Source: an uncultured Ruficoccus sp. (lineage in GTDB: Bacteria; Verrucomicrobiota; Verrucomicrobiia; Opitutales; Cerasicoccaceae). Taken from it: a stretch of DNA of 64,000 nt. Of the stretch, positions 29,879 through 39,295 are shown one piece after another. Both the position numbers and the translations under genes were made by a program. The stretch spans positions 180,289 to 244,288 of the forward strand of contig OZ223514.1 of NCBI GenBank assembly GCA_965140785.1, read 5' to 3'. The stretch's first letter is position 1. Each line of letters opens with the position of its first letter. The notes beneath the pieces were generated by a model. That model saw only the letters and a list, made by a program, of their open reading frames with translations, searched no databases and was not told the origin of the DNA.

Positions 29879-31405
29879 ATGAACAAGAAGCCCGTTTTTA
29901 CGGTGCCCGCGAAAACTGTCATCAATTTCGCTTCTGAGTTTGAGGAAAAGGGGCTCTGTGACGGGCCGACGTTCTCGACGGGGTCCGCTTGCGCGTATTC
30001 GTGCTCCTTTTGCTATGTGGAGACTCAGATGAACAGAAATCCTCATCTGGAGCCGGTGCGTAAGGCTGGGATGGCCTTTGAGGATGTGGTCGTTCGCCGG
30101 GAAAAAGCCCTGGAACTGATCCGCCAGCAATTAACCGGCAAGGATGGGACTCCCAAATACAAGGATCCCAAAGATCGGAGGGTCATTTATTCCTCTCCGC
30201 TTGTGGATGTGGCCGCTAATATGGTTCTGGTGAAAGAGACCGTTGAAGTCTGCAAAGTGATTCTGGAGCTTACGAACTGGCAAATACGGTTGTTATCGAA
30301 GTCAAATCTCCTGCCCAAAGTCGCCTGCGAGATTCCTGAGCCGTGGAAAGATCGGATGATCTACGGGGTCTCCACAGGCACCTTGGACGATCGCCTGGCA
30401 CGAGCGTTTGAGCAAGGCACCCCGAATGTGAGCAAACGCATCGAATCCCTGCACTGGCTGCAAGACAACGGATATAGAACCTACGGGATGATCTGCCCGA
30501 GCTTACCCCAGGATGATTATGAGAAATTTGCTCGTCAGATGGCGGCAGCCATTCGGGTCGATCGGTGTGAGCATGTCTGGGCGGAGGTGATCAATTTACG
30601 GGGTCGCTCTTTCAAGCGCACAGTGGAGGCGCTTGAGCGTGCTGGCTTCAGCCGTGAGGCGGAGCAATTGACATCGGTCAGTGGCTCGGGGAAAAAGGAA
30701 GCGTGGGAGGCCTATGCCCGTGCGACTTTCGAAGCGCACGCAAAAGTCATCCCCGCTCATAAGCTCCGGTTCCTTCAATACGTCACGCCCGATACCCGTC
30801 AGTGGTGGAGTGAACGCAAGGATCAGGGGGCCGTTGTGCTGGGCAAGGAAACCGATGCGTTGTCCACGGTGGAGCGGACGCGTTTTCGCGAGCTCGACAA
30901 GGTGGTGGTGAAAGCGGCGAGGTCATTTATCGATGCGGGTATAGCGCTTGAGGAGATTAAAGTCAGCAGGCTGTACCGGGATCAGTTCGCGACGTTTGAG
31001 GCCTACTGTTTGAACGTGCACAACATCTCCCGAGCCTATGCCTACCACCTGATCAAAGCGGGGCATATCTACAAGGAAATGTCTACAATTGTAGACAAGA
31101 GAATGCCGACCCTGGAGCTGGTTAAGAATGAAGCGCAAATACGCGAACTCGGTCGCCTGCCCGATGCGGGCGCCCGTCTGGAGGTGCTGGAGCAGCTTGA
31201 GAGCGACGGAGATATTACTGCGATGCGTATCCGGGAGGCGGTGGATATACGTCTGGCCGATGAGCCGAAGCCAGATCGTAAACCCAGCCCCACGGGCCGC
31301 CTTCAATCAGCCCGCGAATTGTTGCCGCACCTCGAACAGGCTATTGAGACGGGAGGCGATTGGCAGTCATACCTTCAGCAATTGAAAACGTTGCTTGCGG
31401 AATAG
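29879..31405 (+). CDS. Radical SAM protein (SplB-like) fused to a C-terminal DUF3102-like helical domain
   Basis: CAYSCSFC (CX3CX2C); LLSKS and FEQGTPNVSKRIESL SplB-like motifs; C-terminal AGIALEEIKVSRLYRDQFATFEAYC...ISRAYAYHLI. Confidence 0.7.
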   Translation: MNKKPVFTVPAKTVINFASEFEEKGLCDGPTFSTGSACAYSCSFCYVETQMNRNPHLEPVRKAGMAFEDVVVRREKALELIRQQLTGKDGTPKYKDPKDRRVIYSSPLVDVAANMVLVKETVEVCKVILELTNWQIRLLSKSNLLPKVACEIPEPWKDRMIYGVSTGTLDDRLARAFEQGTPNVSKRIESLHWLQDNGYRTYGMICPSLPQDDYEKFARQMAAAIRVDRCEHVWAEVINLRGRSFKRTVEALERAGFSREAEQLTSVSGSGKKEAWEAYARATFEAHAKVIPAHKLRFLQYVTPDTRQWWSERKDQGAVVLGKETDALSTVERTRFRELDKVVVKAARSFIDAGIALEEIKVSRLYRDQFATFEAYCLNVHNISRAYAYHLIKAGHIYKEMSTIVDKRMPTLELVKNEAQIRELGRLPDAGARLEVLEQLESDGDITAMRIREAVDIRLADEPKPDRKPSPTGRLQSARELLPHLEQAIETGGDWQSYLQQLKTLLAE

Positions 31406-31561
31406 CCAACCGAGTCGGGTGATCCACATGGACTCAGGAATAACTTTGAGATGCGGCAAAGAGCCAGCGCGATCACGATTATCGGGAGTTTATCGGCTGC
31501 AATTATTCCTGACGAATTCGCCGAGAATAAGACCTGTGCGAAAACGGATTTTTTAGAGGCG

Positions 31562-31604
31562 CGGTCATTAGTGACCGGACCCTCGGTCATCTATGACCGA
31601 GGGT
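31562..31604. repeat. Tandem palindromes built on a CGGTCA half-site
   Basis: CGGTCA-ttag-TGACCG (31562-31577), then perfect 12-bp inverted repeat ACCCTCGGTCAT-ct-ATGACCGAGGGT (31579-31604). Confidence 0.65.
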
Positions 31605-32009
31605 AGGAGCGATCCGGAAGGGAATCCGTTTTTAAACAGTACGGCTTTATCAACAACTTATGAAATCCAAAAAGACGAGAAATCCGGGCCTAATATAAAT
31701 ATTAAGAAAGCAAGTAAGGGCACTTGCCTGCTTTTTGATGAAAACACGTGGAATCGGTTTGTTGTGTCTATCCCCGAAACGATGAGTCCGAGACACGCGA
31801 TCTCGGTGGCGCAAGATTTACCATCACGACCCCGGCACTCGGGCATCCATCGACGGATCACTAAAACGACGAGGATTAAAATAAACAAAGCCAAAGGGCT
31901 TATGGCACCTAGGGATACCTTTGGCGCCTAAAAGTGCGTTAAACCATTATTTATTTAATTCCTAGGGCCATTCTGATCGGGCAACCCCATCGTCAGTATG
32001 CCGCGGGAG

Positions 32010-32279
32010 TCACTTGCGATGCACCCGGCTGCTGACGACTTTTTTGGCGAGCTTGGTTTTGGCGGGGAGTTCCGGGGCGAGGAATTCGTGTACCTCCAGG
32101 CAGAAGGCGGCGGCGAGGCGTTCGACGGTGGAGACCCAGATTTCCTTTTTGCGCCCGGCTTCGATCTGCTGGACGAAGTTCTGGTTGAAGTCGGCCAGTT
32201 CCGCCAGCTCCTGCTGAGTCAGCCCATGGCGTTTGCGCAGTTCACGCAAGCGCGTGCCGACTCGGGTAACAGAATTCAT
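32010..32279 (-). CDS. XRE-family helix-turn-helix transcriptional regulator
   Basis: RLRELRKRHGLTQQELAELA...IEAG HTH_3 pattern, 89 aa. Confidence 0.85.
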   Translation of the reverse strand: MNSVTRVGTRLRELRKRHGLTQQELAELADFNQNFVQQIEAGRKKEIWVSTVERLAAAFCLEVHEFLAPELPAKTKLAKKVVSSRVHRK

Positions 32280-32281
32280 AT

Positions 32282-32332
32282 CCCAGTGATCATAGGGGAA
32301 ATGGCTTGACTTTGTTACCTGTGATCACTGGG
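32282..32332. promoter_or_regulatory. Paired quasi-palindromic operators in the divergent control region of the XRE gene
   Basis: CCCAGTGATCATAGG (32282-32296) and CCTGTGATCACTGGG (32318-32332) match 14/15 as inverted repeats; a minus-strand TATGAT lies about 10 nt before the XRE ATG; TTGACT lies between the two sites. Confidence 0.55.
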
Positions 32333-32397
32333 GTGGTGGTTGCATGCTTAATGCGACCCTGCATTCTCAGCGAGCGAACACCCGAACCCATCCAGCT

Positions 32398-32550
32398 ATG
32401 AAGAAAAAGACCCTCCTGATCACCCTCGAACTCGCCATCGCCAGCGTTGCGCAGGCGATGGGCGTCAACTGCATCCGCCCCAACGGTACGGGCTGGCATG
32501 GCCGCTTTCCGTGCCCGCACGGCGGGGGCGACGGTATTTTCGGGAACTGA
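32398..32550 (+). CDS. Small exported peptide (50 aa) with degenerate CxxCxGxG-like repeats
   Basis: MKKKTLLITLELAIASVAQA signal-like segment, then CIRPNGTG and CPHGGGDG. Confidence 0.45.
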   Translation: MKKKTLLITLELAIASVAQAMGVNCIRPNGTGWHGRFPCPHGGGDGIFGN

Positions 32551-32568
32551 TTTCAACGCACAGATACG

Positions 32569-33501
32569 ATGCCCTGGGACCAAGACGCAGTCTACTACTA
32601 TGCGGATGGCGACAATGCCATCGGCCCATTTACGCTGGCGAAGCTTAAGCAGATGACTGCCGCTGGCGTCATCTCGGGTGACGTGAACATTCGCGTCGCA
32701 AAAAGCGACGACTGGAAACCGCTCTGCGAGTTTATAAAAGTGCCGGAAAAAGTCGCCACCCAGCCATCGCCTATCGGAGTCGGACCCACCTCTTCGGAAC
32801 CAGCCGCCGTGATCTCTTTTTGGAATCGATGCGTTTCGCGTTGGCCGAATGCGTTCATCATCGGCGGCGTCATTTTTCTGTTTGCCTTCTGGCTCTATGC
32901 CTGGAGCGGTAATCATCTGCGGCCCGGGGGATTTGACTGGCACCTTTACTTGGCCAACGCCGTGGTTGAGATGGGCATTTTGGCTAGCCTGCTTCTCGGC
33001 ATAAAAGCTCTGCGGGATGCCCGGAAGCGATCTCCGGTTAAATCAGCCCTGCCTAAATTCTGCGTCAGCTTTTTGTTGGTTCTTTTGTTCCTGATGGCGC
33101 TCCCATGTGCTTTTTTCGTGGTCAACCTTTACTCGGCCTACAACGCCTATACGGCGAAACAGGCTTTCGTTGAGGTTGCCCCGGAGCAATTCAGGGTGTC
33201 CATCGTCGAGAATCGTCCCGTTCCCGTGCTGGGCGAGGATGCCCTGGTCATGCGCGATATGAGCCGATGGTTTACCCGAGCTCCCTCCCACAACGAAGAG
33301 TTTCTGCTTGCGCAATCGAAACGGAGCGTGTCTCCACCCGTCAGCGAATTACTGGCGATGATGATTTTCTACGAGCGGCATCCGGAAGTGGACTTTACTC
33401 AGGCCCTCAGCGACAAACTCTACGACCTGGCCAACCTTTACGGCTTTCACTCATGGAACGAGATGAATCAATTCATGTATTCACAAAGCCCGGAATGGTG
33501 A
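32569..33501 (+). CDS. GYF_2 (DUF4339) domain membrane protein
   Basis: YYYADGDNAIGPFTLAKLKQM...WKPL N-terminus followed by about three transmembrane segments. Confidence 0.7.
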   Translation: MPWDQDAVYYYADGDNAIGPFTLAKLKQMTAAGVISGDVNIRVAKSDDWKPLCEFIKVPEKVATQPSPIGVGPTSSEPAAVISFWNRCVSRWPNAFIIGGVIFLFAFWLYAWSGNHLRPGGFDWHLYLANAVVEMGILASLLLGIKALRDARKRSPVKSALPKFCVSFLLVLLFLMALPCAFFVVNLYSAYNAYTAKQAFVEVAPEQFRVSIVENRPVPVLGEDALVMRDMSRWFTRAPSHNEEFLLAQSKRSVSPPVSELLAMMIFYERHPEVDFTQALSDKLYDLANLYGFHSWNEMNQFMYSQSPEW

Positions 33502-33677
33502 TGAGGATGTTTATCCGCTCTGTTGTCTTGATTGGATTTTTTGCCCGCCTTGTTCCTGCCGTCCGCCAAGGAACACTTTTTGACGGGCCATTTTTCATCG
33601 TGGACCTCGGACTCATGGCAGGCATGGCTTGGCTCCTGATCGACGAGTCAAGAGAGCTCAAGAAAAAGAAATCCTGA
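33501..33677 (+). CDS. Small membrane protein (58 aa)
   Basis: ATG overlaps the upstream TGA (TGATG); two hydrophobic stretches and a basic tail. Confidence 0.4.
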   Translation: MRMFIRSVVLIGFFARLVPAVRQGTLFDGPFFIVDLGLMAGMAWLLIDESRELKKKKS

Positions 33678-33832
33678 CGCATACTCCTTAAGCACGCGAC
33701 CATGGAAAATCTGCATCGGGATAGAGGGTTACTTCTCTTCCAGGTTGCAGTGGCTACCATCCGCTCCATCTGCCCCTCTGGCAAGGAGGACAAAAGCCCC
33801 CGTCCTCAAACGGTTCATCAGAGGGATTGACC

Positions 33833-34267
33833 ATGCGACCAGTAGTATCATCCAAGCCCTATCTACTCGCAGCCGTGCTCATCCTGATCGGGCCTGACCT
33901 CAGCGCCGCCCGCTGTCATCCCGAGTCGTACTACCGGAACTGGGCCGCTGCCGAACTCGGCGGTGAAACCGAGGTTGTCCTTCCCAACGGCACTCGCTGC
34001 GACATCCTCACTGAGCACTACGCGGTCGAGGTGGACTTTGCCGACAAGTGGGCCGAAGCCCTCGGCCAGTGCCTCAACTACGCGGCCCAGACTCATCGCC
34101 AACCGGGCATCGTCCTCATTCTCGAATCCCCCGACGACAAACGCCACCTCGCCCGTCTGCAAGAAACTGTCGAGCACTACCGGCTGCCCGTCAGGATCAT
34201 GCCGCTTTACGGTTTTATACCCTCAGCATTTGAACCCAAAAAGATGAAACCCTCCGAGGGACCCTGA
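33833..34267 (+). CDS. PD-(D/E)XK nuclease-like protein with hydrophobic N-terminus
   Basis: EVVLPNGTRCDILT...AVEVDFADKWAEALGQCLNYA pattern (E...D...ExD...GQ..Y). Confidence 0.55.
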   Translation: MRPVVSSKPYLLAAVLILIGPDLSAARCHPESYYRNWAAAELGGETEVVLPNGTRCDILTEHYAVEVDFADKWAEALGQCLNYAAQTHRQPGIVLILESPDDKRHLARLQETVEHYRLPVRIMPLYGFIPSAFEPKKMKPSEGP

Positions 34268-34301
34268 TTGAGATGTCCGGGGTGGGGGATTGACACCTCT
34301 T

Positions 34302-34994
34302 TTAATTTATATCCCAAAGCCCGTCAGTATCAGTAAAATCACTGTTGGGCTCCGCCGAACTTACATGTCCATCTGCCCAGAGTACATTTGCTTCATTATC
34401 ATGCCTAAAGGCCACTGAATTGGATTCTTCACTCTTCCATCCTCCCCATGATGCCGGGCGCACGAATGGACGCCAATTTTCTCCATCACGAATAACTATG
34501 TCGGTTATCATAACGGTCTCCACAGGATTGAGGATTTCGTTTTGGTGACGGATAAGAATATTCACATTTGTTTCAGGGTTAGGCGCGTAGGGAGACAGCC
34601 ATTTGTAATTCAGGCCATACCCATAGCGATCAGGAAGACTCGGGCACACAAAGACAGACCGCACCGTTCCCATGGTTGCTAAATCCTGATCGTCGGCAAC
34701 GCCCACATATTCAGCCAGTAGCCCCGGCCAATGCTTTTCATCGAAGGGGTCCGTTGTGTTTTCATTGGGATAGTATACGGGCACAATAGCTCCGCCATGA
34801 TCATTGCTGTACAATTTTGCCGCAACTCCGATCTGACGTAAATTAGACGCACACTTAACACTATTGTTTGAGGATTGAATGGTGCCAACAACAGGAATTA
34901 AAATCGCCAACAACAAGACTATCACTGCCATGGATGAAAGCAATTCAATGAGCGTAAAGGCGCGCTTAAATATAGATTTTCTATCCCAATACAT
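34302..34994 (-). CDS. Prepilin-type N-terminal cleavage/methylation protein with H-X9-DG domain
   Basis: A|FTLIELL...ILIPV, CASNLRQIG and RHDNEANVLWADGHV. Confidence 0.85.
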   Translation of the reverse strand: MYWDRKSIFKRAFTLIELLSSMAVIVLLLAILIPVVGTIQSSNNSVKCASNLRQIGVAAKLYSNDHGGAIVPVYYPNENTTDPFDEKHWPGLLAEYVGVADDQDLATMGTVRSVFVCPSLPDRYGYGLNYKWLSPYAPNPETNVNILIRHQNEILNPVETVMITDIVIRDGENWRPFVRPASWGGWKSEESNSVAFRHDNEANVLWADGHVSSAEPNSDFTDTDGLWDIN

Positions 34995-35039
34995 AGCTCT
35001 TAAATAAATTTATATCCAACACCAAGCACACCAATACGC

Positions 35040-37838
35040 CTAACGTTTCAATATATCTTCGATTTCATTCTCAGGAAAATCGTCCCCCCCAGTCAGGAAC
35101 ACGCACTCTGCACCCACGTACTCATTTTCATCTATAGGATTCCCATATATATCGGATGGGGAAAATTTCGCTAAACCTTCGATCGCCACACTGACTTTTT
35201 CGTCGGGATCTGGTTGCAGCACAGCTGCCCAACCAGTATCAGAAGCAAAGACCAGGGCCCTTAATCCCTCAGTCAACTGGACCTCCTGACTGAAAGGCTT
35301 GCCCTCGATTCGCCAGCTCAGGGCAGACAACGCGATAGCCGTAGGGTGCGGATAGCCATCCTCCGTGACGAGCAAACGGTACGGATAGCCGTTGTCGAAA
35401 TGTCGACCCTGCTTATGCATTGAATAAAGAAACACTTTCTTCGCGCCCGCTGCCAATACGCCTGCAATATGCCGCACCAGGCGATCGGCCGCATAGCGGT
35501 CATCACCTTCGCCGGGGAGCGGCAAACTATGGTAATAAAACCCGGCACTGGTCATTTTCTGAATCGCATTTCCTTCGGTCATCCAGACTTGGCGTGGAAG
35601 CTGACCGTCCTGATCACGTAGCGGGTCGATAGCAATGGCGAATCCGTTTTCCAAACTATCGCCGGAGTAGCCGGGGTGCTCGTAAACATATTGATGATAA
35701 GAGATGACATCCACCGAACAGAGTGCGTTATCATCGAGCAACTGGAGCGTCCACTCGCTGCCAGCTATTTTACTTCCCGGCACCGCGTGATTTCCTCCGG
35801 TGGTGTTAAAGCCGACGATTGCCAGCCCTGGGTCAACGAGTTTTGCAGCGTCATAGGCCGTGCGCTGGAGACGCGCATAATCGCCTGCAGGATCATCGCC
35901 CATGACTGCGTGCGTTCGTCCGTCTTTGTCTCGGCGGAGGTCTTTTTTCCAGAACTCTGCCATCCAAGGTTCATTCCAGACTTCCCAATAACGAATACTA
36001 TGTTGGTAGCGGCGTGTGACTTTATCTACATAGTTAGCAAACTCATCCAAGTTGTCCGGCTGATAATAGCGGTCGGTCCAGCTATGCGGTCCTACACGCT
36101 GAAGCGCAGATGCCCATCCCGGCGAGCTTCCCAGCTGCCCCAAGACCATGAGGTCATGGTCACGATAGCGCTGAATCGCGGCATCATTGAACTCCCATTG
36201 GCCGGGCTCGGGCTCCAGAAAGTACCACCCCACGTACTGGATACCGGCATCGTGTAGACGCACCCAGTTAATGCCAATCGCCTTGGCGACGTCCATCGCG
36301 CGGTTGGTGGACATCAGGTGTGAACCGAATGGAGAGTCAGGCGCATCCTGCCCCCAGAAGCGCGGCCGTGGAACGCGGCTGACAACCAACTCTTCATAAG
36401 GGCTGATGCGTTGGCCATCCGGAGCCTCGACCCATGCCTCAAAACGAAAATTACCGTAGGGTAAACCGGGAAATTCCGGAAGAGCCCACTCTCCATTGGG
36501 TTCCCCGTCTGAACCGGGTAACTCAATGTCGGGCACAGCGAGTTGCTGGTCATATAGGTTGACCACTTTGGCGCGCAGGGATGAACCTTCTGGCAGTTCC
36601 CCAGTCACAGCCCAACGGGCCGCAGGAGTATCGGCGGGCTCATCGGAAAAGAGGATGCGGTTGCTCCGAGTGGCTGCTAATGCCACCTCAGCAGCGAACC
36701 CGGTCTCATACTCAGTCGCGTCTTCACCAGGGGCCACGCGAAGCGCATCGATCCAAAGCACACCTTCATTCTCCAGCATGAGGAATAAGCCCCCATCCGA
36801 TGATCCAGGGAAAAAGGGAAGTCCTACACGCGTCCACTCTTCTCCCGATGCAGAAAACTCGCAGGAATTAAGCACCTCGGTATCGGAGCAAACAGACAGG
36901 CGCCCCTTTCCGTTGCCATAGACTGCCAGTGAAGCGACATGAGCTCCTGTGTCCAGGCAAGCAAAGGGCTCAGTCATGACACGTGAACTGATGCCCGCCT
37001 GCGCTTCGATACGCAGGGGCGATACCCCGGATGGTCCCTTTTTAGTCGTATCGGTGGAAATGACAACCTCATCGCCATCCGAGAGGTTGCGATGCAGCAT
37101 CCAGTGCGGGGGCAACCCAAGGGGGAAGCGTGTGGTGCGCAGGAGATTGGTTTTCAAGGGAGCAAGTGTTTTATGTTGCAAGGCTGACTCACACAGGGAG
37201 GCATCCGTTATTTCGGCAGAAAAGCTCATAATATCGATGGCCCCCGAGCCACTGGTGGACAACACCACCTGTATATCGCTTAGGGGAACTTCCGCCTGCC
37301 AGGACACGTTTCGCGTGGTCCAGCCAGAGCCCGGTTTCAGGTCGAATGTTTCCAGTGGCTTCGATGCGTCATCTTTTTTCTGAACAAGACTCAATACAAC
37401 CGGCGTCAGACTTGGGCTGCGCAGTGTGATCTGTATTTTTAAAGAATCTCCCACTGCCAGTTCGCCAATATCGGTGGAAATAGCTGAAAACGCATCTTCT
37501 TCCAATGCGCCGGCTTCCCAATGCAGGACCGGAATTCCATCCATGATCATACGACTATACCGTGAGTGAGTCTCTTTCGGTTCGGAAGCCTCCGACCAAC
37601 CGCCGGGCAGACGACCTTTTCTTCCTTCCACCGGGTTCCATTTTGCCGCAGGGGCCTCCAAGTGCATCTGACTGACTGTACGCACCACCGCCTGCATAAC
37701 TTCCCAGACTCCCCCATGGGGTTCCGGGGAATACGGTTCGATCGCAAGCGACGATCCGCTCAGTGCGCAGACTGAGATAAGCCAGCCGATCAGCGGGAAC
37801 AACCGCCGCCATGGCAGGGTGAGATTTGCAAATGTCAT
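35040..37838 (-). CDS. Secreted clan-A glycoside hydrolase (GH39/GH5-like) with N-terminal accessory domains
   Basis: Signal peptide; EPEPGQWEF, YWEVWNEP, DVISYHQY and WMTEG motifs. Confidence 0.7.
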   Translation of the reverse strand: MTFANLTLPWRRLFPLIGWLISVCALSGSSLAIEPYSPEPHGGVWEVMQAVVRTVSQMHLEAPAAKWNPVEGRKGRLPGGWSEASEPKETHSRYSRMIMDGIPVLHWEAGALEEDAFSAISTDIGELAVGDSLKIQITLRSPSLTPVVLSLVQKKDDASKPLETFDLKPGSGWTTRNVSWQAEVPLSDIQVVLSTSGSGAIDIMSFSAEITDASLCESALQHKTLAPLKTNLLRTTRFPLGLPPHWMLHRNLSDGDEVVISTDTTKKGPSGVSPLRIEAQAGISSRVMTEPFACLDTGAHVASLAVYGNGKGRLSVCSDTEVLNSCEFSASGEEWTRVGLPFFPGSSDGGLFLMLENEGVLWIDALRVAPGEDATEYETGFAAEVALAATRSNRILFSDEPADTPAARWAVTGELPEGSSLRAKVVNLYDQQLAVPDIELPGSDGEPNGEWALPEFPGLPYGNFRFEAWVEAPDGQRISPYEELVVSRVPRPRFWGQDAPDSPFGSHLMSTNRAMDVAKAIGINWVRLHDAGIQYVGWYFLEPEPGQWEFNDAAIQRYRDHDLMVLGQLGSSPGWASALQRVGPHSWTDRYYQPDNLDEFANYVDKVTRRYQHSIRYWEVWNEPWMAEFWKKDLRRDKDGRTHAVMGDDPAGDYARLQRTAYDAAKLVDPGLAIVGFNTTGGNHAVPGSKIAGSEWTLQLLDDNALCSVDVISYHQYVYEHPGYSGDSLENGFAIAIDPLRDQDGQLPRQVWMTEGNAIQKMTSAGFYYHSLPLPGEGDDRYAADRLVRHIAGVLAAGAKKVFLYSMHKQGRHFDNGYPYRLLVTEDGYPHPTAIALSALSWRIEGKPFSQEVQLTEGLRALVFASDTGWAAVLQPDPDEKVSVAIEGLAKFSPSDIYGNPIDENEYVGAECVFLTGGDDFPENEIEDILKR

Positions 37839-38461
37839 TTCTCGAGTTTCAGGTCGAAATACTCAACCACAGGCTCATCACGCTTCTGTGCATAGCCTGA
37901 CACGCCGACAAAGCGTGGGCGGATGTCGAAGGGCAAGTTCGCCAGTTCATAGGCATCCAGTACCAGTTTGTCATTGACGTGAAGGGTCAGGGTCTGGGCC
38001 TTCAGATCGATATTAAGCAGAAACTTAGTCGGTCGATCAGCGGAATAATCCTTGATCTTGGCCAGCCTGATTTTCGTAACTTTCCCAGACTGGGGATCTG
38101 TATAGTGACATTCGAATTCGGCATTCCGGTTGAGCAACACGAAGACGCCACCGGGCCACAGGATATTGATTTTGCCGTCCGGCGGAGTACCTAATCCAAT
38201 AGCCACCCACCCCTCGTCCTTACTGACAGGATGGTTAAACAGCCCCGCTTCAATCGTGATTCCCTGAGTGCCTTCAGGCACAGCGGCCCGAGCCAGAAAG
38301 TTCCCAGGGTCCAATACGCTGAACAACCCCTGACCTGATTCATGCGATAGATTTTTAAGGTTATTCAATTGCCAGCCCAGCGTCCCTGGACTGGCTGCTG
38401 CCGACACTGCGGATACAATCGCAAATCCGCAAAACATGCATGTAGATTTAATAAAACCCAT
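37835..38461 (-). CDS. Exported hypothetical protein (beta-sandwich-like)
   Basis: Signal-peptide-like start; 4-bp overlap with the downstream hydrolase gene. Confidence 0.6.
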   Translation of the reverse strand: MGFIKSTCMFCGFAIVSAVSAAASPGTLGWQLNNLKNLSHESGQGLFSVLDPGNFLARAAVPEGTQGITIEAGLFNHPVSKDEGWVAIGLGTPPDGKINILWPGGVFVLLNRNAEFECHYTDPQSGKVTKIRLAKIKDYSADRPTKFLLNIDLKAQTLTLHVNDKLVLDAYELANLPFDIRPRFVGVSGYAQKRDEPVVEYFDLKLEK

Positions 38462-38485
38462 GGCAATATCAACCCGGTTGCAAGG

Positions 38486-39211
38486 TTAGCGGTTCCGGCG
38501 GCGACGCAAGGCAAGCAATGCGCCAAGGCTAGCCAGCCCCAGTATCAGCGAACACGTGGAAACTTCCGGAATGGCCGAAACTGTACCATTCACGACATAA
38601 TTGTCATAGTCGATATAGATGTTGGTGCCACCAAAGGGATAGATGCGGAATTCCAATGTCGAAGTGATGCTGTCGAAGTCCAGGCCACTGAGATCCACGC
38701 TATAGGAAGTATAATTCGGACGCTGGGAGCCAATGCTCGAGCTATCCGGCGTAACGGTCAAATCATTCGTAAATCCGTCAGCGCTGCTACGCACCTGGAA
38801 GCCACGCGTCGAACCGCCAGCACGGGCCGCATCGAGGGTAAAGCTGTCGAGGTCCAGCTCCATATTCTCGTCCGGAGTGATGCTGAATCCGAAGTAGGAA
38901 GTCGGAGTAAAAGTGGTGACACCTTCCGGATTCACGAGCAGGAAGTTATCCGCGTAACCGACCGAAGATCCATTGCCAATGGAGATCGTAAGGTTACCGC
39001 TAAGGTCCGTCACATGGCTGGCCGTCAGTCCGCCTGCTATTGTGCTCGGGGCATATTGTGAGCCCGTTTCATTATTGGTCGCCGATCCGTTGAAATCATA
39101 GCCGACAAGAACAGCGGCCTGGGTGGTGAGGCAAGAAGCAACACATGCCAGGAAAGGAGCAAGCAGGAGCTTCGAGGTGCTACATACACGGGATATCCTA
39201 TTGATTTTCAT
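38486..39211 (-). CDS. PEP-CTERM sorting domain protein
   Basis: Start at MKINR; C-terminal IPEVSTCSLILGLASLGALLALRRRRNR. Confidence 0.85.
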   Translation of the reverse strand: MKINRISRVCSTSKLLLAPFLACVASCLTTQAAVLVGYDFNGSATNNETGSQYAPSTIAGGLTASHVTDLSGNLTISIGNGSSVGYADNFLLVNPEGVTTFTPTSYFGFSITPDENMELDLDSFTLDAARAGGSTRGFQVRSSADGFTNDLTVTPDSSSIGSQRPNYTSYSVDLSGLDFDSITSTLEFRIYPFGGTNIYIDYDNYVVNGTVSAIPEVSTCSLILGLASLGALLALRRRRNR

Positions 39212-39295
39212 ATCGATGTATTTTGGGTTATATTTGGGGTTAAAAGACAAAGGCCAGTAACGTTCTCCATGATTTCTACCCACGCTGGCGCATTG

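Noticed and set aside
31593..31931. ORFs 31593-31931 (+) and 31658-31894 (-)
   Set aside because: No motifs or clear start context; cannot tell which, if either, is real.
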